Of a DNA stretch of 64,000 bases, positions 38,691 through 51,483 are shown piece by piece. The notes beneath the pieces are model-generated. The model was not told where the DNA came from. It did no database searches and saw nothing but the letters and a program-made list of their open reading frames with translations. The translations under genes were made by a program, and so were the position numbers. The stretch's first letter is position 1. Each line of letters opens with the position of its first letter. This DNA is from Dicyema japonicum (Eukaryota > Animalia > Dicyemida): NCBI GenBank assembly GCA_011109175.1, contig RDEW01000037.1, positions 345,600-409,599 on the forward strand. The letters are read 5' to 3'.

Positions 38691-41600
38691 ATGAAACTGA
38701 TTAGCTTAGTTTTGATTACTTTTTCGATCTTTATACTCCTTTCATTAGTCCTCAGGATAAATATATTATTGATTTTGCTAATATTTATAGCTTCCACATT
38801 CTTCAGGTATTCCCACTTACTTAAATAGTTTTGTCCGCTTCCTCAATTTTGAAAGTTTTCCCATTTATGTCAAAAAGAAGTTTGTGAACAAACAAGGAAT
38901 CGGATTTGTAGCCAATTTAGCACATTTTAGATCAAAGACAAGTTTTGCGCTAAGAAAGTACCTCAAGTCGTGGAACCAACTATTACGGGATTTTTTGAGG
39001 TTGACCAGATTCTGCAGAACGTTAGTTTTATTGCTAATTGAAGATTATTCAACTATTAATGCGTGATTATGTGTTCACGTGGTATAACAAGACTAGTCCC
39101 GACCAGGACTTCCCCGTCCTCGCCAGATTAGCCTTCCAAGAAACTATCTCAACCTTCAGTCAATAGTATTAGATGTGGTGACTCCAAAGTGCCCAACAGA
39201 TGAACTGGGTTGACTTTTTCTCCCTAACTTTGGTGGACGAATTGGCCAGTCACTTCCGTATTTACAAAAAAGCAAAAGAGTTTCTCCAAAACGGAGATGG
39301 TTTTTACTCGGAGTGATTGAAAGGGACACAAAAACTAGAGGGAATCTTCTTTGACTTTGAGGCTAAAATGAGGGGAATGAGTAGAGAAAGGATATGTCTC
39401 TCCCCCGAAGTGGAAAAGGGTTTGATTGATTGTAATTTCAGAATACCTGGAGTGTCTGTGTGAGCTCATTATGTTTGAACTTTTCCCCTCGTCTATATTT
39501 GAGTGTGTGGCTGTCAGATATCTCCTTAGGGTTTTAATAATCTTTATATTTATTATTTTAGACCATTTTGGTTGAACGGGTTCTGTCTCCCTTGATTGCC
39601 AGTTTGAGTGAGCCAGACTACGTCAATCAGCTCCTTAATTATCAGGTTCACCCACATGTGACTCTAGTTGTCGAATTTCAACATAAATAAGGATATATTT
39701 GTCAATATTGTGAAAACCGCTATTCACTCAGACGAAGCAGACGCACTCATAGCCCTCTTAGATGGGGAAATCGACAAATGTGGGTCCAAGGATACTGGTG
39801 GTTCAGGGGGTATTGTATTGTGTTATTCTCAGTGGCCGAAATAAAACAAACTCTGAGTTCTCTTAAATATCTCAAATATATATGTAGTACTCGTCTCAAG
39901 TTCCTCAGTGATAACTTTAACCTGTCAGATGACACACTTGAAGTATTTTGAATAGTTTTATCACCAAGGTTACTCAACTGAAGCAGTATTTGGAGGATCC
40001 TTCCCTTTATAACATGAAATTTGAGGAAATGATTGACAGTTGTGTCGCTACAAGTCATTTTTCAAGTTTGTCTGATTGGGTAGTATTAGATTATCTGTCG
40101 GACGTTAAAATGAATCATTATTTGTGTTTCTATACTCATTGTATGGTTTGTCTTTGATATATCATTATTAGAGCTTCATTCAGTCTGTTAGACAGTCCAA
40201 CGCCAGTCTTGACTTTTGTGACGGAGATGACTCTGTTAAGACTAAAATAACCCAGAATGTATGTAGAATGGGGCAGGAAATTTATGATAAGTACTTATCT
40301 GGCGAAGTATTCTTAATTTGTCATCCCAGACGATCACCCTTGTCAATTTACAAGATGATGTGTTATTAGAAATTAAAAATGGACTCAATTCAGATGATAA
40401 GTACTTATCTGGCGAAGTATTCTTAATTTGTCATCCCAGACGATCACCCTTGTCAATTTACAAGATGATGTGTTATTAGAAATTAAAAATGGACTCAATT
40501 CAGGGGAAATTAATGAGTCACTGTTTACTTCAGCTTGTGACATAGTACAGTTTGGTGACCCAGTATAGGTCTACGAACATATGCGGAAACAGTACTTTGA
40601 CTCTTTCAAGAAGAGTATGCACTACGCAGCCGCCCTTCTTGATATGGGATTCATTACTCTGAGCACAGACGACAGTATACAGGGAGTTTGTAGTGTAACA
40701 AAACCCTCTGAGGGTGATGAAAATTTTGCTGATTTTGAAAGAGAAGAACTCATTACTGTGTGCGGATGCATCTACGGTTCTGGTGACTTTAATTGAGTCA
40801 CGTCTCTAGAAACTGTTGTTGAAGGACTGATGACCCACAGAATGTACAAATTGGACTGTAATGAGACATTCCATTCGACAGGAGAGATCAAATCAAGGGA
40901 TGGAATTTCAAGACGTTATGTTCATTTTGCTAAATTTAACAAGATATTGCGGGAGATGGTTATTTGTGGGATTATTTGAGGTTGATATTTCGTTTCTGCC
41001 TGATTTGCCCACCAAAAAGATGATAATGACAACTCAGGAAGACTACAGGGATATGGAAATTAAACTGAATATATACCTAAAGGTTTGTTTCTTAATTGAT
41101 TCAGTCCTTGTCTAATCCGAGTTTTCAGAGGGCAGAGAGACGAGTCTATTATTTACTGAATGAGTTCCTTCAACTCTCTCCCTGGAGTGTATGTGAGAAT
41201 GAAATTAAAAGGAAATTCTCTAAAACTACAACTAAAAAGACACTTTTTGCTTCCTTATTTGATGGAATATTGAAACCAGACATTCCAAAGTTCGAGTCCT
41301 CACAAGACGATGTTTCTCTCCTAAAACAGAATGATTTCGTTACCAATTCAGATAGTCGAGATAGTGTTGTAATGGACAATTTGGCCTACAAATTTGAGCA
41401 GGTCTATTTGTTAAAGCATAATAGGATGTTGATAATATTCCACTAAGAATCATCCTCATGTTTGCTGATGAACTGTTTGATCTTAAAACAGAGAATCGAT
41501 GGTTGAGACGAAGAATGGTGGCTCTCCTCAGTGAAGTCATAAGGGCAACCTACGGGGACACCATAAACAAGTATGTAATTAATTTGTAGTTTTAGGAAGA

Positions 41601-42012
41601 TTGTTGATCATATTAAATGGTTAGTCAACAGAGAACAGATTGTCGTATATTTAAGGACTTTCCGGTGATTTCCTTATTAATTTGTTAGTGACTCTCTTTG
41701 GCCCAATGGTGTCATGGCTGAGACTTCTCCACCGAGAGACCGTGGAACTAAGATGAGGACACGTGTGGTAACTCGATGCAAGTTGTTGTCTGCTATTCCT
41801 GGTCAAATATCGGTTATAATGACTTAGATGAAGTGAAGACATTTATTGGTCAACATACAGTACAGAGAGGTGTAACCCATGCCTTTAATATGTTTCAAAT
41901 TCCTATATTAAACCGTCGACTTGCCTATATATTAATTGAGAGGTTTGTGGATTGTCTCTTTCAAAATACACAAATTATGAATTCTCTCTATAATTTCCAC
42001 AGCAAAAATTAA
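38691..42012 (+). CDS. SNX13: PXA-RGS-PX-Nexin_C sorting nexin with two N-terminal TM helices and many tiny introns; 109-bp duplication 40285-40502 inside
   Basis: MKLISLVLITFSIF..., EVDQILQNIIQLLMRDYVFTWY (PXA), LRRRMVALL, TFIGQHTVQRGVTHAFNMFQIPILNRRLAYILIERFVDCLF (Nexin_C). The paralog call among SNX13/14/25 is by recalled similarity. Confidence 0.8.
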
Positions 42013-42199
42013 TTTTTTAGTTTATATTATTTATGTGTGTTTTATCTCCACTTAATCTTTATTTATGGCCTGGTTTTCCCCAAGCATCCCCAACTCGAGA
42101 AATTAGCATCAATGTCATTTTCATTCATTTGTTCCTATCACATAAAGTTTCCATAGTCATGCTAAGTACTCCCCTCCTTTGATTCCTAACAATCTTTTG

Positions 42200-42760
42200 G
42201 AGATCCGTGACTATTGGTCTTTGTCACCAACGGAATCTAAAAGCGTCTAAGAAGTTTTTCATGACTATGTTAGGTGAGATTTCTATTCTCAATACATATA
42301 ATGAGAGCCTCCATCGAACTTGAGTGGTATGAAGCAGTCTTTTTTGGCTTTCAGTATTTTTCTTTTTAAGGAACAAAAATTTATTAACAATAAAATATTA
42401 TTTATTAACTATGGGGGAGNGTCCGTGACCATTGGTCTTTGTCACCAACGAAATTTAAAAGCGTCTAAGAAGTTCTTCATGACTATGTTAAGTGGGATTT
42501 CTATTCTCAATACATATAATGAGAGCCTCCATCGAACTTGAGTGGTATGAAGCAGTCTTCTTTGGCTTTCAGTATTGAATAGATATTCTAAAACTTGTTT
42601 GATAGAGAATACTTCCTGGTCACGGAAATTACCTCGGTTTATGGGAATGTTCTTTCATATCCAGGTGTCTCGAGGAGGATCGAAAACTGATCTCCCTGTT
42701 GTGCTAGAATAGATTATATGACATAAGTACTCTGATGAGAGCTGTCATATCCCATCTGTA
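42200..42760 (-). mobile_element. Very decayed RT fragment, probably of the RLE family, duplicated across the N at 42420
   Basis: Weak motifs: KAKEDCF (KKAFDS-like), LRIEIPLNIVMKNFLDAFKFRW. Confidence 0.35.
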
Positions 42761-43076
42761 TCCTCCAATTCAATTTTGATCTGTTTTAGTGCTTTCCATA
42801 ATTAAAAGAAATTTTTATTAGGAGAATGAGCGGATACCGTCAACCTGAATCTGGCGTACTTCTATTCTCAGGCAGATTCTCTTACCAAGTTCATGATGGT
42901 CGTTATAGAATACTGGATCAAGTGGTTCACCTTTTTAAGGCTAAATGTACGTGTGTTAAGACTACACATAAATATTGTATACAAGAAGAGAGAAAAAAAT
43001 CATGTCAGTAATTTTAATAGATGATAATTTTCATACAATAATGTGCGGTCACGAGGGATGAATAGAGCCATATGTT

Positions 43077-43397
43077 ATTATTATTTGTTAACCCCGGATA
43101 CACCAAGAAAGAAGCTAAAGTAACCATCTAATTAAGTGCATCCAGTTTCCACTTCTACAGAACAGTCCATCCGGAATCAGCATAAAGGGTAAGACGTCCA
43201 TTACATGCAGTTGTGGAAACCCCTCCAGTGGAGTGGGGGAGAGCAAATGATCCTTTTTCATGCCGGCCTGGCACTGGGCGTCACCTAGACAGGTGGATCA
43301 CATGACGCCACTCTATTAGGAAGAGAGAGGAGGAACAGACAAGCAAGCAGAAAATTTAAACCAATTAACCACGCAGCACCACATGGCGCCACGCGGC
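43077..43397 (-). mobile_element. SINE A, best-preserved full-length copy
   Basis: Head gccgcgtggcgccatgtggtgctgcgtggt through ggtgtatccggggttaacaaataataa. Confidence 0.9.
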
Positions 43398-43659
43398 AAA
43401 ATTTTTATGGAATGTTAATAAATAATAATAAATCGTTGTATTTTATAACGGTGTTTAATAAAATTAAAAAATTTAAAACGGTGTAGTACATAGTAGTGTG
43501 TGGTAATGAGGTGTTACTTTGATATGAGGATTGGAGATGAAGAAGGTAAAATTAATATTTATGGAATGTTAATAAACAATAATAAATCGTTGTATTTTAT
43601 AACGGTGTTTAATAAAATTAAAAAATTTAAAACGGTGTAGTACATAGTAGTGTGCGGTA

Positions 43660-44589
43660 ATGAGGTGTTACTTTGATATGAGGATTGGAGATGAAGAAGG
43701 TAAAATTAATAATTAATAATAGCTGGGAGAATCATATTTGAGTTATTTTCAGAGAAGGTACCTCGAACAGTAGAAAACTTTAGATGTTTGTGCACAGGTA
43801 GCTGTAATATTAATGTTAGGTGAGAAGGGTGAAGTGAATGGAGTAAACCTTCATTATGAGGGGAATAGAATACACAGAGTAGTGAAAGACTTTATGATTC
43901 AAGGAGGCGACATTGTGACCGGGAATGGGAGGAGTGGACTTTCAATATATGGGGACTATTTTAATGATGAGTGTATGAACATCAAACATGACAGTCCATT
44001 TGTGCTATCAATGGCCAATAAAGGACCAAACACAAATGCATCACAATTCTTTATTACTACTCGTCCATGTCCTCACCTTGATGGTAAGCATGTCGTGTTT
44101 GGGAGAGTCATTGAGGGACAGGACATTGTTAAACGAATTGAGGGATCGCCGACTGATAAAAGAGGACGACCATTCACTTCGGTCACGATTGAGACATGTG
44201 GGGAGATGGTCTGACAGTATGACATTGCAAAGAAAGCCAGAAAGGCTGAGAAGGAAGCCAAACGAGAGAAGAGGAGATTAAAGCAAATACGTAGAGAGGA
44301 AAAGAGGGCTGCCAAAGAACAAGCTAAGGCGGAGATTAGTGGGAATGGAATAAACCCTGATGAGATACCTCAAACCCCCATTAATTATCTCAAAAGGAAT
44401 AGAAATGGTGTTGTTGCTATTCCAACACGTGCTCAAAGTAATAGAGTTGACGTGTCTGGTAGAGTTGTTGTCGGGAGAGGCAGTTTGGTATAATAATATT
44501 GATATATTAATAGAGGTACAATTATCAGTCTACTCCCCCTCATGTTAGACAGGCTCGACTATCAAGCAAACATTACTGGGATAATATAG
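43660..44589 (+). CDS. PPIG: PPIG-like cyclophilin (loop-insertion type), four introns of 22-26 nt; first exon duplicated at 43506
   Basis: [92 protein letters not shown], then [14 protein letters not shown] and [13 protein letters not shown] motifs typical of PPIG. Confidence 0.85.
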
Positions 44590-46321
44590 ACAAGCCTTGT
44601 GAGGTCGAGAGTGAGGATGACTCCATTCTTGTCAAGTCTGTACTTTCTTCTAATTAATATGTTTGTGTTTGTTTATCCTTGGAGGCTATTCTCTCTATTA
44701 GGGTGTCTTGTGATCGCTATCATTTGATTCATGACAAACCTCCTTATGCATGACCACTTCTTCAATGAGTCTTGATGTAAACTTAAAATTATTCCACCAT
44801 GAGGGAAGTCATAGTTTTTTCTATTAGTAGGAACTTGTGGTATTTAGTAAAGTCATATACGCCTTCTTAAGCAGAGGGTATTCGATAATAACATCTCCAT
44901 GTCCTCCACACTATAAAAAGGTTCTGTTAGTGCATTTTCATTCATTGAAATAAGGTCTTTTAACTTGACTGCTGTATCTTTGATGTCTCATCATCCTTTT
45001 TGAATAAATCGTGTATAATACTTGTGGTTAGTCTTCGCTTCAATGAAATCCTCTATAGCAGCCATGTCGAAAAAAGCTCCAGGGGCTCCAAAAGATAATT
45101 CGAGTATACAAGCGGTCCATACTAACAAATCTGAAATTCACTAATCTTATTGAAGTGAATTTGCTACTATAACGACTCTATCACGATAGCAGTATGACTA
45201 GATATAACAACTGTAATCATTTTTCAATATTATCATTTTCACTCTGTTTTGTACTGAGGTCCCTTTTTTATGACAATTGTATATCTGAAATGTATTAGCA
45301 GTTCCTACCTTGATTAGACTGAGTTCATTGCTTGCAGTATCAGAAATGACATTTGCTTGCTCTATTTTTGTAAAACATGCCTGTGTCAACTTAGCCTTCA
45401 ATACTTTGAGTCTTGAAACCTCGTATTTATCCCAAGATCGATGGTTAGTTTCATAATGTCTTTTAAGCTATACTCTTTTGGCTTGACAATCCTGTTATTG
45501 CAAACTAGCTATGTATCTAACTATTGTAAGTACTGTAGTCTCCATTTTTCTTGAAATACCCTTCTACAAAAACGTATGTGCCCAGTGCTCCGCCAAAAAC
45601 AGTACAGTTGTTCTGGAACGTTTGTACATTAAATGTAAGCTATCAACGTCTTCTGACCATGTAGAACTCTCATAACCGCGGCCTGTCAATTTGACGCCAT
45701 TTACAGAAACCTGTTGGGTTTTTCTGATGGTTTCATTTTAATGACGCTGTTCTCGCCCAATGTCGTCGACTGTATAACAATCCTATGTGGGAGCCGTACG
45801 ACTGCTTGCAAAAGCCCGCATGCTTGACATCTATGATTTATAGAAATATTTCTTTCAATGTAAAGTCACATTTTCTTTGGTAAAGAGCCAGAAAACATGT
45901 TTGGAACCGGAATTAGAATTATATAATTGTACCATAATCAAAATGTTTAGTAAATATTTGCAGAGGATTGTCTGTGTGATGGACCACTCTACAAAGTCCT
46001 GATATTGTCAGAGATCACCTAATTGGTTAGGTTACCATCCTCTTTTTTGTATTTTTCATGATTATCGTGATAAAATGGGGAAAAATGTTCACAGGCAGCC
46101 TTGAACTGCTCTCGGAATGGGCTTTTAATCTGTCCGTATCTCGGGTGTTTTCGAGACATTCGATTACAACAGTACCAGGTAAGAAACTTATCCATTATTC
46201 GTAGGACAATGTACTCTTGGCAGACAAGAGGCATTTGGATGAAGGAGATAATTTCTTCGTCCACAGTCTCCAACAATTTTCAGTAAAGTTTTTTGGCAAC
46301 TACTTAGTATGTGATTAATTA

Positions 46322-46394
46322 GCTACATTACCTCAGTCGGTAGATCATCTGACTTTTAATCCGTTGGTCGCGGGTTCGAGTCCCGTATCAGGCT
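46322..46394 (+). pseudogene. tRNA-Lys(UUU) pseudogene
   Basis: ctcagtcggtaga..ctgacttttaatc..gggttcgagtccc plus T-run terminator. Acceptor, D and anticodon stems contain mismatches. Confidence 0.75.
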
Positions 46395-46986
46395 TTTTTT
46401 CCATACGAAGTGCCCTTTTTGTTACCTACCCCGTGATACTGTCAAAAATAAATCAACAATTTTTTAATAGACTTGGGTTCAGTCAATAAACTCACTGAGC
46501 CGAAATGAGTTTGGCTATTGGTCACTTCCTATCCCATCTTTGATTAGCGAGAATACCTAATTATCTGATTATATCAAAGTTTTAAAATAAGAAATTCATT
46601 TGTGGAAAATGGTTTGCACATCGAGAGGTTCCATGAGCCTGCTTCTTTTGAACATCTTAATGACCGACTTCCCGCAGTCGAGATACGACAATACAAAATT
46701 GTTTGTTTATTAGACGATTTACTTTTTCCAGATGTGTCAATAAAAACTAAGCTTTCGGAAAAATAAGTTGCGAAATGCTGCGTTTACGATTGGTGCAGAT
46801 TGAGAAATATTAGCTTATCTACTTAGAAATCAAATGAGATTCACATTTCCGTCCTCAAAAAAATTGCGCGCCTGTTTTACTATTTGTGTGAGTAAACCGG
46901 CTATTAATACTTAGCCAATATAATCTACAAAATTCAGATTAAAAAACAAATAAAGAGAACTTAACAAACCAAACAATTAAAAGAGA

Positions 46987-47408
<422 letters not shown>

Positions 47409-47687
47409 TCAAATGAATGAACGTTTTTATAAATTTGTTGTTTAAATATTTATTATTTACATAATTATTGTATAATTTTTTATTTGATATAATATTTTGA
47501 ATTCCTTTAGTGAATCCCAAATCAATCAATTTACTGGAAAAATATAAAATTGTCCCCTGAACGCTTGTGTCTATCATAGAGGTAACTGGAGGCGATTTCA
47601 GAAAAGGAGGGATAAAAGACTCCCGTCAGTATAGAGCATCTAGGTATTATACCCGTCAATCCCATCAAATATCAAAATGATTTCAAG

Positions 47688-47985
47688 ACCCTCTGGCGTC
47701 ATGTTGTACTACGTGACTAATTGGTTGAAGATTTCTGTTTGTTTGCCTGTTCCTCCTCTACCTTTCCTACTGGATTAGCGTCAAATGATTTACGAGTCTC
47801 AGGTTGCGATAGTGTCTGGCTTTCACAAAAAGGTTCATTTGCTATTCCCCACTCCACTGTATGGGTTTCCACAACTGAAAGGAATGAAGCCTTTTTTCGT
47901 TTATATTGATTCTGTGTGGACTTGTATGACGTCAAATGACTCTGTGCAACAGTGGACATAACTAGTTGTTTACTGTTAATAAATT
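47688..47985 (+). mobile_element. Older diverged SINE A copy
   Basis: tggcgtcatgt..aattggttgaagatttctg..ctgttcctcctct..aaaaaggttcatttgct..ccccactccactg..ggtttccacaactg. Confidence 0.75.
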
Positions 47986-48204
47986 TACATCCGACAATAA
48001 CATCTTTATTACGCGAGATAAGTTTTAAATCATCAATAGGTGATTCGTAGAATATTCAGACAGATCATTATTCAAATAGAGACTTTTGAATAATTACAAG
48101 TCAACATACCACTAATACTTGCAAGTCGTCAGAATTAGTTTTCACATATCCATAAGCAATGTGTTTTGCATAACAGTCTTTCAAAATGATTGGGTTTTCA
48201 TTGG

Positions 48205-48745
48205 GGATGTCGACCTTTTTTTGGTTGAGGTGGTGACGTCCCTCTTGAAAAGTATGTCTGAAAAACACGAAAATTGCAACCTAAATGACTTCTCTCTTTT
48301 AACGTTCAATGTCAAAGGACTCTCTAGTGCATGGAAAAGAAATGAACTTTGTGAAGACCTTTCAAAATACAGGATAACAATCGGATGTCTCCAAAAGACA
48401 AAAATATCGAAGGAGTTTGCAATCTTATACAAGAGAACAGGAACTGAGCCAATACCATGTGAGATTACTGATTCAAGATGGAGGCTCTTTGGACACATAC
48501 TCCGCCACGATATGGGGACTCCTGCCAACATAGCAATGGGGGAATATTTTGTCTTAGAAGCTTCTCGTTTTCGCGGCCGGCCGAGGACAACACTGCCGGT
48601 TATTTTAGATGAAGATCTCAGGATACGCTACGGAGCATGGCAACGGATCGAAAAAGATGGGGGACGTTAATTAGATTGTTAACTTTTCGTGTTGCACATG
48701 CTTTGTCATGATCTTGGCATCCCGTACGTGCCTATAATAACGCTG
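48205..48745 (+). mobile_element. Internally deleted RTE derivative (5' UTR plus APE start fused to 3' end)
   Basis: One ORF MSEK..LLTFNVKGLSSAWKRNELCEDL..IGCLQKTKISKE joined to LYKRTG..SRWRLFGHILR..FRGRPRTTLP. Terminus gtgcctataataa. Confidence 0.8.
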
Positions 48746-48924
48746 AGCGTGATAACAGACGCCAACATTTGTCATTTTAATTGAAAATTAATCAATAAGT
48801 TTTGGAATAATAATAACAGCCTTTTCACAAGAGCCATAATATTTATATACACACTTTATTTTAGTAAAGAACAGCTAACTAATCGTATAACCAAGGAATG
48901 ATCTTAACTTCTTTTTTCTTGTGT

Positions 48925-49103
48925 GTAGGTCCTTTCTAGACAATCCAGTTCCGCAGTGAATATCCACTGATGACGGCCTCATTCGTCAAACCCTTTTAGC
49001 ATCGTAGATGCGTGGAACCTGCCATCAGGTGAACAGCAGCGAGAATCGAGCACGTAACCTAAGCCACTTTAGCTCGACACCTAACCACTATGCAATGATG
49101 GTT
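48925..49103 (-). mobile_element. SINE-like family C with tRNA-derived head
   Basis: Box A-like gcatagtggttag and box B-like gctcgattc at tRNA-like spacing, followed by a body shared with 38330-38450. Confidence 0.6.
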
Positions 49104-51154
49104 AACCATATTAAAATATAAATTTTTGACTAATAGCATTAAATCAAAGAAAATTCCCAACGCCGCTAAGGTAAAACTATAGCATTTGTGGTTTTACTTG
49201 ATTTGTAATAATAAAAATGAATTGATGAATCATACATCTATTTGATAAAATTTCAATAATGCTCTAATAAAGTGCTATGAAAATAAACTATGAGGGCTAA
49301 GGAAAATAAATACGTAGTGCTGTTTGACTAATTTACGTTCAGGGGTTGAAGCAACTAGAAAAATAAGTGATAAATAACTTCGTTTTCTCAAGAAAGTAGT
49401 ACATCAGTCTGCATTCAAAAGCCATGACTAAGTAATTTCTCCAATTAATCCACATTGCAACCATTAGAGGCTTTGTAGCGGGGACCATTTTTGATTAATT
49501 TTTGTACTTTGAATTAATTATTAGTTTTATAAATTTAATAATATTTTTTTCGAACATGTTTATCCTAACATTTCATGTTCACTTGTATTTCTATTTTGGA
49601 TGAAATAAAAAGTGCATAAATCTCTGTTCAAATAGTGCATTCTTTTGTGGAAGACCAAGAACAACCTTCCCGTGGAAGACCAAGAACAATAATAATGTAT
49701 AATTCCAAATCGAATCACTCTCCCCAACAGAAGAATTGACTACCAACTAATCCTTATTCCGTGTCTCCAAATCCGACTCAGTTGTTTTCCCCAATAATAT
49801 TAAACAAGTTATTCCAAATCGAATCACTCTCCCCAACAGAAGAATTGACTACCAACTAATCCTTATTCCGTGTCTCCAAATCCGACTCAGTTGTTTTCCC
49901 CAATAATATTAAACAAGAGTGTCAAGTAGGTTCTCTTGAGAAAACAGAAATTGTTCCTATAAACAACGTCGCCATCGAAGCTCGACAAAGAACTCATGTG
50001 CATAGAGAGAAGCTTAAATCGGGAGATTATCTGGATGATCTGAGGGCTGTTGCGAGAAACAGGAGAGGATGAAAACGACTTACAGCTCGTAGCCTGAGAT
50101 GCATAGCAAAAGTGGAACCTCAAATTAATTAGCTTTCTGATTCCGCGGACATTGCTATTTATAATATTCAAAAATAAATCATATATTTCTTTCTCACAAG
50201 ATTAATGTTTTGGTACATTGGCATAACTCCTGTTCACCGAAACAAAAAGTAATCATAATCCGATTGTGGTAAAGATCATGATAGAGGTCATAGGATGGAT
50301 TGAGATAATAGAAGGAATAACAAGTTCATACAATTGGAACAGTCATCGATTTTACATTCTTCAAATTTGTTTGGAGCATCAGCAAATGAAGCAATAATTA
50401 AAAATACTTTGAAGTAGAATTGACACATAATAGATTGAAATAATTTTTATCCGTAAAGACAATTAGGTGGATAATTTAGCTCGTTTCTGAAAGAAATATG
50501 ATGGGTACTAGCAAAACGAAAAAAAGAACCCCACGAATCGTTCTGGCTTAGAAACGAATCGGGATTGCTGTATTACGTGGAAACGCATGCACAATTCTGT
50601 GTGCAAAAGATTGATTATCTAAATCTCATTTTTGTTAATAAATCGTTTCCCCGATTCGCTTAAGCCTTCCCGAAAGTTTCTCAGTAAGAAAACTTTTCAC
50701 CATAAAGGGACGTTCCTGGCACGCAGCTTTCAAACTTACAGCTCTCATGGCAATAAATGTCGTCTACATGTGATATAGCACAGTACTCAGTCTCAATGCA
50801 ATTCACCTGGGTGATAATGCCTGATAATGTTTACTTTTAGAACACATTTCGACACCAAGGTAACAGCAGCATAAAAGCATATTCTTGCTATATTAGAGCA
50901 CTGCACAATATCGTTGCTTCCAGTCAAGATTCTAANGTCTACATGTGATATAGCACAGTACTCAGTCTCAATGCAATTCACCTGGGTGATAATGCCTGAT
51001 AATGTTTACTTTTAGAACACATTTCGACACCAAGGTGACAGCAGCATAAAAGCATAGTCTTGCTATATTAGAGCACTGTACAATATCGTTGTTTCCAGTC
51101 AAGATTTTAACCTAAAGTTATTATCTTTCAGACGATAGCATTGCATCACTGACT

Positions 51155-51477
51155 TTAATTTAATTTATTTAACCCCAAGACCACCAGAAAAGATAGGTCA
51201 AAACTAACTAATTAGGTGATCCCAGCCTCCAACAACACCTGAACTATCTTCATTTGGTCTTCTGATGATCCAACCGCATTCCGGAAGCGCCTTCTCTTCC
51301 TTCTGCAAAGGAATTCAATCGGCATGCACTTTTTTATTACCTACCGAAATTCCTCTTCACGGGCCACCGTTTACTTGAATGGGTTTCCCAGTTATTTGCA
51401 AAAACGTAGGAAACCCTGGCCATTCTTCAACGTTGCCTCATCAGAAACAAGGATACCAATGGGGATGTCCGTGTAGT
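51155..51477 (-). mobile_element. 3' end of a LINE whose terminus matches the SINE A tail
   Basis: Reads ...FLCRR..KIVQVLLEAGIT* then ttagttagttttgacctatcttttctggtggtcttggggttaaataaat. Confidence 0.55.
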
Positions 51478-51483
51478 NCAATA

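Noticed and set aside
45450-46300. Possible MULE/FLYWCH transposase remnant
   Set aside because: No catalytic motif could be read with confidence
51270-51450. Two CTGATGA motifs, one on each strand
   Set aside because: No valid stem II plus GAAA; they lie in LINE-derived sequence
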